A DNA stretch of 64,000 bases from Eledone cirrhosa (GCA_964016885.1 OZ024752.1:27962001-28026000), one strand, 5' to 3'; shown: positions 40,064-54,144, numbered from the stretch's first letter. Program-made: numbers and translations. The notes: a model not told the origin generated them from the sequence alone.

Positions 40064-41499
40064 GTATGTAAACGTTTTATATATACACTAATTCTTTTCT
40101 TCCGTGTATACACACAAACACATTGAAGCCCCATTTGTGAATTTTCGTTGTGTATTGATTGTATTTTCGTTGTTGTGGTGGTTCTGTGGCTTTGTCCCTT
40201 TAACCACATTTTTCAATTTGTCACGCCATTTAACGTATATTTATTACTCTAAGATGCAACTTATCGATTTATCGATATCTTCTTATTGAGTGCTTCGAAT
40301 ATTGTTTGTTTCGTCGATGCTGACCTAACGCTGAATCTTTGAATTTGCTCCGTATATATATATATATATAATTTAACAAAGGAATATAATAAATGGGACT
40401 GAAAAGGCAGAGAGACAAGAAGGCGGCAACACATTTAGCAGTTTCTAGTTAGGTCGGCCGCCTTCAAGTATATATATATATATATATATATATATCCCCA
40501 AGTATAACGATATATATATATTTATCTATTTATAAATATATAGTGTTGAGATGTGATATATTTACACTTGGGAAACGTATTTCGTTCTAGTGTTCTGGCT
40601 GCTTAGATAATGTATATCTGTCCTCTAATGGGAACCCATGTAGGTTCAAAAGTCGATGAAAGATATTTATTACATATTTTGTTTTACAATTTAGAGGAAA
40701 ATATATATATTTGATCTGTTTCTATATCTACATTTAAGTACACAAATTTATATACACATTCTTTACCTCTATATAGTAAATATACAGATATAAATGTGTC
40801 GTGTACTACAGCTGCTTAGTGCGCAACATTTTATAATTCAAATCGAGGCTACAATGATATTTATTTACATGAACTTTTCGTATATGATTTAATATAAAAT
40901 TCTGTCACGTCTCAATTACGCTATGTCAGAGCTTCACTTATTAGTTCGAGCCCCCAAGTATATTGACTCTGTACGAAATTAAACTTCGGCCGCCGATGTA
41001 CATAAGCATAAAAACTATAAGTGATTAACTTATTTCATCTTCGGAACCAAAGGTGTAAGTCTTCCGATGATGATTAAAGAGCCATATATCATACCGTCAA
41101 GGTGCTCTTCCTTTGTTGCTAATAATAGGTGTGACATGACAACAGCTTGTTAAAACGCATAGCGAAGCTACAGAGATGTTTATGTACATGAACATACTAT
41201 ATATGATTCAAAATACAACCCCGGTCATATATATATATATATAGGGGGGCTGTATGTGTGTGTATATATATATACATATATCACGTAATAATTGAATGTT
41301 TTTCAGAGATGCCATGCAACATGATGCCAATGCTGGAATTGGACAACAGGACCCAGATTCCCCAGACAATGGCCATGGCTAGATATTTGGCCAGAGAATT
41401 TGGTAAGTTTGCCACCATTTAATTGATTATTTTCCCTCCCTCTCTTAATTTCTCTAGTTCTGTTTCACTTTTGTCAACTCTTCCTTTGCCTATCATCCC

Positions 41500-41553
<54 letters not shown>

Positions 41554-42177
41554 TATATATATAGGAAAATGTATGATCCCGACGGCAGAGCGCAAGCCGT
41601 TACGACGGCTATTTCTCGACTCCAGGTTTTATATCGGAGTCATCCCAGTTTCCTGAGTTGCCTTCTCCTAGAAGAATGCCCTGACAGAGTCTAGGGTCCT
41701 TCACTACCAGTGGTTTAAACGTGCGGTACATGTGTGTATACATATTTACACACTTTTGGATGGCCGTTCACTCTTATGAGTTCTTCCTCCCTTTGTCAGG
41801 TTTTGATTTTTGTGATGCAGGGTGTCCAGAATCCTCCTCCTCCCCAAGTAAACTTCGTGGGGTTGCCGGTTTAGTCGCCGACGACACGACCATGCATCAG
41901 CTTGATATATATTTATCCTTATCGAGCCCTCTTTTGATTTTAGTCTTCAAATTTATTATTATTACTATATATATATATATATATATAGGAACGAGTAGGA
42001 CCCCGACGACTGAGCTCAAGCCGTTTCGACGGCTAATTCTGAGTCCAGAATTAACCGTCGAAACGGCTTGAGCTCAGCTGTCGGGGTCCTACTCGTTCCT
42101 ATTACCCACTCTACTACTCTAAGTATTAAGTACTTTGGTGCGTTATGGTCCACCTGGATCCTTACCACATTTCCTTC

Positions 42178-42239
<62 letters not shown>

Positions 42240-43549
42240 TATATACAGATATTTGTATGGGAGGAGGTTTGTTGATGTATGCGGGAGGTAAAACGTCTGA
42301 CATCTACACAGTATATGTGCCAGAGACAAATAGCCAACAAAACACATTATCCCGCATTTTAACTCAATATGACTCAACGAGGGGAAAAGCACTTATATCT
42401 CTCTATAAAACACGCCATGCTGCCTTGTGTACGTATTAAATGTATGGACCAACGAAACATCATCTCTGTTGTAGGTTTCCATGGCAGAAACAATATGGAG
42501 ATGGCCAGAATTGACTTCATCTCAGAATGTTTCTACGATATTTTGGATGACTACATGAGAATGTATCAAGATAGCAACTGGAGAATGATGGTATGTATAA
42601 TTTAGATCTAGACAAGTGATCTTCTTATATGTATTAAAATAGGTTTATGGAGGTTATTCGTCAATTAAGATTTAAATATAATTTTGGAATATAATTTTGC
42701 AACAGTAAGTAGTAACAGCTATATCTTGTCAATAATATCTCCATGCGGTTTACATACACAGCCAGTCTCCGATTTCCAAATGGCTAAATGTCAACAGAAG
42801 GGCATGACTTTGATGTGACCCGGCTCTTTTAAAGTGTAAGATCTTAAGGGCCGAAACACTTATTGAGAGAGGTTTCTTCTCTTAAGACCTTCTACTGCCC
42901 AGTTTCTTGTCACCACTATGTATTATATTATCTTTAATAGCCGCCTACCTTCTGGAATATCCGACAGTTCATTGGGTGGTACGTCATTAGTGTTAGGCAA
43001 GAGCAATGATATTCTGGAACTAGATTCTAGGCGTGAATGAAGATTATCTGAGCAGTATATTTATTTCTGCCACAGGACATGGGTACCTTCTAGAAATCCC
43101 TGGTATAGCAGTTGTAACGTTAAATATTGGTTGGTTTTTCCGTGTACAGAGATGGACTTAATTTCAGCCTAGCCTCCCTGAGATCGCCCAGAGCTACAAA
43201 ATACTTCGGTTTAGACGCAGTCCGTATGCGAGCATTGCTAACAAGTGGAGTTATGTGGAACAACTGTTGTCATGCGTATTACATGTTAACCGATCAAACA
43301 CGTCCATCCTGAAGAATTTGCTACTATCAAACATGGGTGAGGGCAAAAGCAGTTTCCGGGAACTGAATATACTCTGTATAATATTTACGTAATGTCCACA
43401 CATTGTATATATAGATAAGCCTTAGGATTTGGTTATATATTTTTCCTCATAATATTTAATCATTTCTAAGAAATCTCTTATGATAGGAACATTTTTTTTC
43501 TCTTTGGTATCAATCCTCACATTCTGGTTATATCAAAGTCATGACCTTC

Positions 43550-43615
<66 letters not shown>

Positions 43616-45086
43616 GGCAGTTTATCCGTTTTGTTTAGGTATACATTATAATCCCTTCGGATTATCCCATTGATCAGCTGTTGCTTCTTGTCCTTGGGCT
43701 TATATAATATTATCCTTTAGATTTACCTTAACATCACAGTCTGTTTGAATTAATATTTTGGCGTATGGTTTATGTTTACTATAAACTAACTGTAATGTAC
43801 TGAGTGGGGAAAACGCCGGAATTTTTGAATAAATATCATCTTCTGCGTTTACATCTCTAGGTCGATAAAATCAATTAATCATGTCCTGGGATCGATTTCA
43901 TCGAATTCCCTATCTCCTGAAATTACAGGTATTGCTCCTAAATTATAAACCAATATTACTATTATTATTAATTTTTCGCGAAATAAGGTGAGAGATTGCT
44001 CTTTCAAAACATGAATATGATACTTACGTATGAAGCATACGTAAAGATGTTACCAAATCACAGGGTGTCTCCAAAACATTTACATAATTTGAAATTTGAA
44101 TATCAGAGTAACTACATGTTCTAGCCAAACGAAATTAAATAGACTCCATGTTGAACATTTCTAGTGAACGTCATTCCTCAACTCGAAGAAAAAATAGAAA
44201 ACAGTTATAATTAAACTTGGTTAGCTTTTACACATCTTGTTAAAATTTGAAATTATTTGAGCGGGAATTTGCTATGTCATTAGACTACGATATGATGTGT
44301 ATTTTGGGGGATTCCCTCTATATTCAGGGTTCGCAAATATATTTAAGTTTAATAAAACTGTTCATGGTTATCCAATATTTACCTAGTCCTTCAACAAATG
44401 ATTTACTAGAACAGTTCAAATACACATTTTCCAATATATATCTGCATTGGTTATAGGTAAAACATTAACAGCAGAGGACAATTAGCTCCATGTGTTAATT
44501 GTAAGGTGGTATCACACTAAATATACTGACTAGATATGCGCTAATTTTAATTTAAATTACTATACATCTCATGCGCGTTTTAAGATTTAATTGAATATAT
44601 ATTGAAATATTAAGTAAATATTAATGTTAAAGTCCAACGCTAATAATCGTAAAGATAAGTTTTGAAGACGAATTAATTTCATGTATTTTTAGTAAAAATA
44701 AGCCTATTTTCGTTAAATATTTGTTTGCTTTAGATCTGTTTCTGTTGACTATCTGAATACTACAAAGAATTATTTACCCTTTATTTCAGTTCCAGCGATC
44801 AGGGAGCTATACAGTATCAGTAAGTAATATCATTTAGTATAATGTTGTTTAGCCCTATGTAATTATTGACTATTAACCTATAATCAAAGATATTATTCAG
44901 GGTTTGACCTTTTCGGTATTTCGTACATATTGGACTACGGTGTCAAATGTATCATTTCTCTTTTAAGACGATAAACTATAATATGAAAGAATATCGCTGC
45001 TATCTTTAGCAATTCAATCCATCTAAAAGATACTCTCTTTCTCGTGTCGTTTTTGCAAAACGCTTGGTGGAATGTATGTATGAATG

Positions 45087-45130
<44 letters not shown>

Positions 45131-45182
45131 GTATCAGTAATGCACTGGGTATTTGCTGGCCTTGGCCAAAAGTAGAAACAAT

Positions 45183-45216
<34 letters not shown>

Positions 45217-45295
45217 ATTATATTGTTGTTGTTGTTGTTACAGCTCACACACATGCAGGTTTAGCTGGCCTCCTCCAAGTTATATCTCGTTGGAG

Positions 45296-45349
<54 letters not shown>

Positions 45350-45817
45350 AAATGAACACACAAAGAAGTACGTGGGTTGAAAACCACTTTGGGGCAATAC
45401 ATATCTACGAAAAAATAGAAAATACATTATAATCGGAAAAAATGAATCAAAATGTACTAACTATTTCAATAACTCTTAAACTCCAGGAAAAACTACAGAT
45501 AAAGTTTGTTTCGCCAAAAATGAGTGGCTGTGTCATAGAATCCCGGGTTTCTCAACAGGAGTAGCGGTAGTATGAACAGCACACCTAGATATAATTTAGC
45601 TAACTAAATATCGCACATGGTATAGTAATAGAACAAGTGAAATAATCAATATATATATATATATTTAGTCTTCACATTTATTATTAGTACTATATATATG
45701 TATATATATATTCATTTATATATGTTTATACGCAAGTACATTCACTCACACATTCACAGGCTCGCACATACATACACATACATACACATACGCTTATATA
45801 TGCGCTCATACACGCAT

Positions 45818-45901
<84 letters not shown>

Positions 45902-48900
45902 ATAGAGGTAATGTAGGTATAACCATCGTTTTTAACTCCCTCTCTGTTATTATTTACTTAAATATATTGCCAAACGTATGTCTGCAGGTCGTGCTAATTT
46001 GATAGTACATTTCTATATTATTTATGGTCTATGTAACGATATTCTTCCATACAGAATGCAAAAGAATAACTTCTTAGGGTTTTCTGTATTCGAAGGTATA
46101 GTTGAAACGCTTCACCTTACACACTTCGTTATTTTCACGGTGGTTTAATAGAATTATGAGAACATCAGAAAAAATACTTTCCTGAATTTCGTGATTGCTC
46201 TGTATATTTTGAGTTCAAATCCTGCCGAAGTCAACATTGCCGTTCATCTTTCCAGGATCAATAAAATAATGTACCAGCCACACAAAGTGTCAATTTAATT
46301 GACCCACAAATTCTTGGCTTCTACTTAAATTATAAATCATTTGGGTCAGTTCCTTTTCATTATACTTGGTAAGTGAAACGAGAGCTGAACACAACGATTG
46401 CAAAGCGTATGCTATGGCCATTCATTAATTATAGAAAATAACTTTATAATATATAGAAGTGTTATTCAAATGAGAAGGAATATATACAATAAGCACATCA
46501 ATTGTATCATCAACATTGTAATTATTTGGGGATGGGAAATTTATAGTATATCGCCAAGTGAACTCCAATGAATGTAGAGCATACATGGAATATTACAATA
46601 GCAGGAATGTGACAATTGTAACACAATGAAAAGAAGAATATATATATACCAGATAGAAAAATGCGTACAGCAAAAAAAAGTAATATTGTTGGAATATAAA
46701 CCTTTAAAAATACAGGACAAGAAACTAAAGTAAAACTTTAAAAATACAGGACAAGAAACTAAAATAAAACTTTAAGAGAATAGGACAAGAAACTAAGATA
46801 AAACTTTAAAGAATTGGACAAGAAATAAAAAATTTTACAATAATATTAGTGGCAAAAGTTTTATTGGTAAAAAATCGAGTTCCACATTCATAGGCTCTGG
46901 GTTCCACATTCAGAAGTCATCGTCAGACCGGGGGGACCATTTGATCCTGGTGTGAACACCAATTGGGCCATAACCATACCCCTATTTCATCATTCGGCGA
47001 CACGCCTCATGTGTCATGCATAATGTGAATGGACCCATGGGCCCATGAGCACAGATCTTGAGCAGTAGCGGACGGTCTTGTCGTCCCGCTCATCCTTGAT
47101 CTTGACCAGCCCGTCCAATTTCTCCTTGCATCTTGTCCTTGAGTTCAAGTCCGGCAGTCCAGATAAATGCGTGCCACAGCTTTCTGGTACAGGAAGGGGG
47201 AGCAGGAGGACTGGAGGGATGATGGGACAGAGGGAGGGAGGACCGGTGGTTGAGGGAGGTGCCGTAGTCGGTGGTCAGAGTCGACATCTTGTCCCGGTCG
47301 TCTTCTCCATCTTCGTCTGGTGTTGCGGGACCAGAAGTGCATTCTTGGAGGAGACCTGCAGCTGCATCGGCCAATTCTTCTTGCACTGGTCATTCTGACG
47401 GAGCCGAACTGCTCAGCCAACCAACCCCAACCAGAACCAACCGCTCAGGGACAACGCACAATGAGAGCATGACAATTATTATGCACTAATCAAGAAGATA
47501 CTGGGGCATAGCACAGGAAACGAATAAACAAATTTTGCCACTAATATTACTGTAAATTTTTTTATTTCTTGTCCAATTCTTTAAAGTTTTTTCTTAGTTT
47601 CTTGTCCTATTCTTTTTAAAGTTTTATTTTAGTTTCTTGTCCTGTATTTTTAAAGTTTTATTTTAGTTTCTTCTCCTGTATTTTTAAAGGTTTATATTCC
47701 AACAATATTACTTTTTTTTGCTGTACGCATTTTTCTATCTGGTCTACTATTTTTTAAGGCAATGCAAGCAACAACTATCTAATAATTAAATGATCATAGT
47801 GAATTACTGACAAGTGATTGACATTTTAAAGTTCTTTTGAGTATAATTGCAATCTAGTTGAGGCAACTGGCTTAATGACAAAGCTAGTAAATCATGAATG
47901 CATTTGAGATGATTAGTGCATAATAGTGAATTGGTGAAACTTGTGCATTTCAATGGTGTTACAACAATAGATGTAAGTTATATAGTAGTAATACTTTATC
48001 ATTTTAACTTTTTAGAATGGACAAAAACCCATGCAAAGAAATGACTTTGACTACAGTGATTCTCTCCAATTTACTTACAAAGCAAAACGTGGTCAAATAC
48101 CTTATCATCTCTGATAAAATGCCCATTGAATCACTGAAAATCGGATGCATGGAATTCCTCATAAAATGGACCTATGAATCGGAAGCCATCACATATATCA
48201 ATGGATATAGGGAGTTGTTCACACTGGAAGACCATCACTTCATTTGTGACTTCATCAGTTATCTCCACGATTATCTCAGACACCCAATGCCATTGATGAG
48301 AGGTGATCCAATGTGTGAGCATCTAACTAATCTTATAGAAGTTGTTATCGACCACCTGGCTTTTAGTGACATTTGACTGATTTGACTGATAATGATGTAT
48401 TTTTAAAAAGTATGTGTACATTCTTGTTACTATTTTAAGGCAATGCAAGCAACAACTATTTAATAAAATTTAAATTTAAAAATGACCATTGTGCATTACT
48501 AGTATGATGACAATTTATTAAGTCACAAAATTAGCCAGTCAGCCATAGAACAAGGATCAGGTGGCAAAAACATTGGCAAAAATTTGTGTCAATTTAAGAT
48601 TTCCAACATTGTTCAAATGAATCATATCTGGTTTGAAGTCAGATTTGTCAAATTTTGACCAATTTTCAATGTTGTGAAGATTGGGCAAGTTCAATTTTTG
48701 AATCATTTCTTTCATGCAGTAATTAAAATTTTCCAAACGTCGTCATTTCTGGATTACCTCCCCTAGCGTCACGCTTACTACTCACTCACTTGAACACAAG
48801 ATTTATCAGCAAACTTTGATTATAAACTTTTTCCCGCTGGACCAAATTTCTAGATTTTTAAGCCAAAAGATGCGTAATGATCTACTGTTCATACTCATAT

Positions 48901-50564
48901 AAGTTTTATCTCAGTTAAATAAAGGAGAGCCGCGCTGTACTGTCCTAAACAGACGATTGCTAACGAAAACACGACCACAACAATATTACTAAACGGACTA
49001 CCGTCCGTTTAGGATTCTTTTTATGAAATACATTTAATACAAATATATTACAAATATATAAAATATGTTTTGGTGTTAATATAAGAAACGTGATAGCATA
49101 ACATATTTCCTATTATATGTAGTTTGAAAACAAAATCACACTGTAATATAAAAATGTAATGATATATGAAATGTAGTCGACAGAAAGGTAGAGCAAAACT
49201 GAAAATATGTTATTGATGATCTTATTTACAGTCTGAGAAACGTATGAGATTTGAAGAGACTTGCCGCAGAATTCTTCCATACATGGAACAAACTTTGGGC
49301 ATGCACAATGGTGGAAACCAATTCTTTATGGGAGACCAGGTAATTACAGAGTTTTTACTTTTTATGAAAATATAAAAATAAGGTTAACGAATTAATTTAT
49401 AAAGGAAATGAGTTAAAAAGAATTTTATCGGATTTCATTAGTCTCTATATAAAATTGCTACATTGAAATAACATCAAGCAAAACACACAACAGATATGCA
49501 GTACAGCCGTTGCTTGATTTGGTATTTTTTATGTTTCTAACTGATCTGTACAAAACACTATACTAGTTGGAAGCTGAATAAATACTCGAATAACAAGGTT
49601 CGCCGTTTGAATGTAAACAGAAAATAGTAGCTCTTATGAACGCATTCATTCGTGGACTTACACGCTACATTTTTCACATTTCATAAACTTTCGTTTGTGT
49701 ATCTTCGTATCTTCCAACGAAACTAGTATATTTTCTTTCACATGTTGCTCTCAGCTGCCATGTTGTATAGACATCGACAACCTAATTTTCACTAGGTTTA
49801 GATTAAGTTTAACATCATCACCACATGACATCCACTTTTTACTAACTTTTGAAAAAAGAACAAAACATATATCGCCATGTAATACTTAATTCATGCTCAG
49901 TTAACTGAAAATATAATATTGATTAAAGCTTAAAACATAATGCGCTCTAATCAATTGGATTGTTTGAGAAACTGAATGTTTTTTCTATAAGTATCACCGG
50001 ATATGGAATCAACGTGGCATATAACATGCCTTGCAGTGTTTAATTATATACTTTCGAATGTTGTGTTTAACAGATTGGGGTTTACCAGTGCGTTAACAAT
50101 GATTATGCTGGATTTATTGTAATCGAATACATTTCTAGCGCTATATGTATTTACTCGTATCTATGTATCAAATCATAGCTTGGGAGAAAGTATAGAGCTT
50201 TGAAAACAATGCGCGCATCTATTTAGTTGTGATTCCTGAAGTTGAAATATGTCCAAATTGGCCATTGTCTTCTATTCCTCTTGGGGTTCCCAATGTCGAG
50301 TACGATAACAGTAATTCTTTTTATTTAATCTATAGATTTCCACCTGTGTGTCTATTATAAATTAGTACATTTATTATTTTTAATATTTATCATCTACAGA
50401 TGTCCATGGCAGATTTCATGTGCTACTGTGCTCTTGAGAACCCAATGATGGAAAACTCATCCTTCCTCAGCAGTTATCCAAGACTCATGTCTTTGAGAGA
50501 TCGTGTGATGAACCACTCTAAGCTGTCCAGCTACCTGCAGAGAAGATGCCAAACAGATTTCTAA
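39931..50564 (+). CDS. S-crystallin paralogue 2, 6 coding exons, 215 aa
   Basis: Exons 39931-40063, 41307-41402, 42475-42590, 44790-44819, 49232-49339, 50400-50564; same lengths and phases as paralogue 1, all GT-AG, no stops; ends ...[10 protein letters not shown]. Confidence 0.96.
41307..41402 (+). CDS. S-crystallin 2 exon 2 ([32 protein letters not shown])
   Basis: Acceptor tttttcag; donor GTAAGT. Confidence 0.95.
41985..42180 (+). mobile_element. Hairpin-plus-tail mini-element (family copies 1372-1540, 9503-9670, 27519-27712, 61190-61413, 62406-62630; partial 24274-24307, 41561-41622)
   Basis: Fold-back 41985-42102 followed by the conserved tail ATTACCCACTCTACTAC.CTAAGTATT(G/A)AGTACT.TGGTGCGTTATGGTCCACCTGG; copies abut (TA)n. 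Confidence 0.85.
42475..42590 (+). CDS. S-crystallin 2 exon 3
   Basis: Acceptor gttgtag; donor GTATGT; [39 protein letters not shown]. Confidence 0.95.
44790..44819 (+). CDS. S-crystallin 2 micro-exon 4 ([10 protein letters not shown])
   Basis: Acceptor ctttatttcag; donor GTAAGT; 30 nt. Confidence 0.92.
46649..47743. repeat. Inverted repeats (about 220 bp, each with about four 34-bp tandem units) around a GC-rich core, intron 4 of S-crystallin 2
   Basis: 46649-46865 versus 47523-47743; unit CTTTAAAAATACAGGACAAGAAACTAAAATAAAA starts at 46702, 46736, 46770 and 46804. Confidence 0.88.
49232..49339 (+). CDS. S-crystallin 2 exon 5 (SEKRMRF...FFMGDQ)
   Basis: Acceptor tatttacag; donor GTAATT. 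Confidence 0.95.
50400..50564 (+). CDS. S-crystallin 2 exon 6 ([13 protein letters not shown]...CQTDF*)
   Basis: Acceptor catctacag; TAA ends at 50564; candidate AATAAA at 51109-51114. Confidence 0.95.
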   Translation: MSMADFMCYCALENPMMENSSFLSSYPRLMSLRDRVMNHSKLSSYLQRRCQTDF

Positions 50565-51280
50565 AACAGCAAAAATAAGTGTTACAATGATAGTAAAGTT
50601 TCAACAAGAAAAAGGCGCAATTTAAAAGCCAGCACAACAAAACGAAGTATTGCAAGAATAGCAGTAGTTTGACTCAAACTACGAACAATAACACTAAAAT
50701 TCATCACTCCGATATATAAGTACAATCTCAAAAAAAACTAATAAATTAATTAACAAAAATTAGCAAAGAAGGAACAATTTATTAAACATCCAAAAGAATT
50801 AGAAAACGAAAAAGGTTTGAGAGAATTGTTACATATTGATGTGAATTAATGTGAAAATATTATTTGCAAGATGTATCATTCATAGAACATTCGTTTGTAA
50901 TATGTTTGAATGTCGTTGACAGGCACGGCACTTAGACGATTCAATTAGTAGTATAGCATTCAGTATTAATAATTAAGATAGTTTCATACGTATGTATGAG
51001 TTAGATAATAAACTGAAAACAACGTTGTATCAGATACAATGCATTATGAAGTTTATGGAAAAATACAGAAATCCTACACATGTTATTTTTAATAATATTA
51101 AGTAGAATAATAAATTCAGAATTACAACAAATATGTGGTTTTTTACTCTTGTTTTCTTTTTTTCACTTGATTATATATATATATAAATATATATATATAA
51201 ATATATATAAATATATATATATATAAATATATATATATATAAATATATATAAATATATATATATATAAATATATATAAAT

Positions 51281-51590
<310 letters not shown>

Positions 51591-51668
51591 AATATATATA
51601 TATATATATGTGTGTGTGTGTATATATATAGAAATATATATCTATATCTATATATATATATATATATA

Positions 51669-52004
51669 TATAAAGAAAAAGGGATGAAATCGAAAATGCA
51701 ACTGAAGTCTTATTTTTTTAAAAAATATATATATTTATTTGGTTCCTTTACCTGTTTCGCAGTTCTTCTGCTTTTCAAAAGGTGAGTTGAGATGGAGGGT
51801 CTGTGGTTTTTCTCACGAAAAACCACAGACACTCCATCTCAACTCACCTTTTGAAAAGCAGAAGAACTGCGAAACAGGTAAAGGAACCAAATAAATATAT
51901 ATATTTTTAAAAAAAATAAGACTTCAGTTGCATTTTCGATTTCATCCCTTTTTCTTTATACTTCCACTCGTGTAGGACACCTCGGTTATTTTTCATTTTG
52001 TAAA

Positions 52005-52005
<1 letters not shown>
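51669..52005 (+). mobile_element. Palindromic copy (51669-51960 plus tail) of a non-coding hammerhead mini-element of about 200 bp
   Basis: Arms about 144 bp with 4-nt spacer; family copies at 13926-14101, 22411-22612, 52745-52975 and 55336-55513. Confidence 0.85.
51847..51884 (+). ncRNA. Hammerhead-like motif with U3:A8 core variant (UUGAAAA)
   Basis: CCUU-UUGAAAA-GCAG(aagaa)CUGC-GAAA-CAGG-UA-AAGG; other family copies have palindromic ACCGGU in stem III. Confidence 0.65.
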
Positions 52006-52087
<82 letters not shown>

Positions 52088-52261
52088 ACCCTTCGTAGGC
52101 GATTGCATAACTGTATTGAAAAACGTCTTTGGGATACTATTGTATAATAAATGTTCAACAAAACCTCAACAAATTTTGCTTAGTTTCCCCTAATATCCAG
52201 TTCATATGATATGATATATGATGGACTCTCCTATCGAAATCCGACGTATGAGGGTGCAACA

Positions 52262-52652
52262 CAAGTTCAGCTCTCTGGATGATGGTGTCTCATGTGACAT
52301 TTCAATGACCCACAGACCAAGCCACATAGGTGGCAAGAGGAAGAGTTTATGGAGAGTCTTGCAGGTATCAAGGTCAGTTGCTTCGTCTCTGTTCGGTCAA
52401 AACGCAATTTCTCTATGCGACTAGAACCAACGCTCCTGATCGCACTGTGGCACCTTTCTCTCCAGTCGTTTATGTCAGCAGCAATTTCTTCGCAATCACT
52501 TGCAAGAGCAATGAGATTTGATTTCAACTTATTCATATATCGAAGTCATGGTCTACCAACTTTCCTGTTGCCACTGCTAATCTGACCATACATGAGGACT
52601 TTTGGAATTCTGTCGTCACTCATGCGGATGACATGGCCAGCCCAACGAAGCA
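52262..52652 (-). mobile_element. 3' fragment of an RTE-clade LINE
   Basis: Minus-strand translation LRWAGHVIRMSDDRIPKVLMYGQI...GRP, then ...AADINDWR...CHLCGLVC...LKCHMRHH, typical of an RTE ORF C-terminus. Confidence 0.8.
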
Positions 52653-52688
52653 AACACACACATACACACATAGAGAGAGAGAGAGAGA

Positions 52689-52748
<60 letters not shown>

Positions 52749-54081
52749 AAGGAATCTAAAATGCAACTGGAGTCTTATTTTTTTTTAAATATATATATTT
52801 ATTTGGTTCCTTTACCGGTTTCGTAGTTCTTCTGCTTTTCAAAAGTAAAGTTGAGATGGAAGGTCTGTGGTTTTTCTCCAGTTGCATTTTCGATTTCATC
52901 TTTTTTCTTTATACTTTCACTCGTTTTGCACACCTCGGTTATTTTTCATTTTGTAACAAAAAAGCTCACTTTCTAATATATATATATGGCTAGAATATAT
53001 GTGGCTCCTCGATACACCTATATACTATAAAGATTCTTCCGCTAACTGGAGCAGTTGTGTCAACCAATTTTCCAATTAATAATCGATCAGCTCCGAAGCC
53101 ACTGGTGTTCATAATGCTGAGGTCATCCCATTAAACTGATGATCGGTACATGAGCTTACTATGAAACAAGCGGGATTTTTATCAAGCTTTACTCGTCTAG
53201 ATCCGACCTGCTCTGCTAACCTACCCCATAAAAGTCATATCAGAGGCACTTCGTGTAGGGCGTGGTTGTTCACAACGGAGGTCGTTCTTCGAACAGAGTG
53301 AAGCTAGGTGCTCAGCTTGAAAGAGCATTTATTGCGCGTCACCAGTTCACTATATTAAATAATTGCTGTGTAACATTGTACAAACTATATAACTAATAAC
53401 TAGTAATAATTGTTTCTACTTTAGGCGCATAGCCAGCAATTACCCAGTGCATTACTGGTACTTTATTTTATTGACCCCGTAAGGATGAAAGGCAAAGTCA
53501 ACCTCGGCGGGATTTGAACTCAGATCGTAAAGGGCCGTAACTATGCTGGAAAGCATGGCGTCCGACCCTCTACCAATACTGCCAATCCCACCACCCTAGT
53601 AATAATGGTTTCTGATTTAGCCGCAAAGCCAACAGTTTTGAGGGAGGGCAAAGTTGATTCAATCGACCCCAGTGTGTTCCTGATACTTTATTTTATCAAC
53701 CCCGTAAAGATGAAAGGCAAGAACAAACCTCGGCGGGATTTGAACTCAGAACATCAAGAGACTTAACTATAATGTCGCAAACCATGTTGTCCGACACTCT
53801 AACGATTCTGCCACACCACCGGCCTAAAGGTAACTGTAATAACGAGATATCAAGTATGACGTCACCGCCAGTTAAATGTTAACAAGCAAGAGATCATTCG
53901 GTGTACTGGGGTAAAGGAAGACAATAGAGGAACTAAACAAATTGTAACAAATAAAATCAAGAACAAAAACATCAAACTGTAATTTAAAATAACAATGGAA
54001 GTTAACAGATTAACTAGAATATTGGTATTGGTTTGTGACAGAGAGATAGACAAGTCCCTTGGTATCTACATACATCTCCAG

Positions 54082-54144
<63 letters not shown>

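Noticed and set aside
42860-43370. GC-richer intronic stretch (also 6190-6530), possibly old LINE remnants
   Set aside because: No convincing RT or endonuclease motif could be recovered.
45495-45562. Minus-strand UUGAGAA...GAAA hammerhead-like spacing in intron 4 of paralogue 2
   Set aside because: Stems I and III are not convincing.
46700-46835. 34-bp array (and the 31-bp array at 55805) resembling CRISPR repeats
   Set aside because: Head-to-tail units without unique spacers, no cas genes, eukaryotic context.
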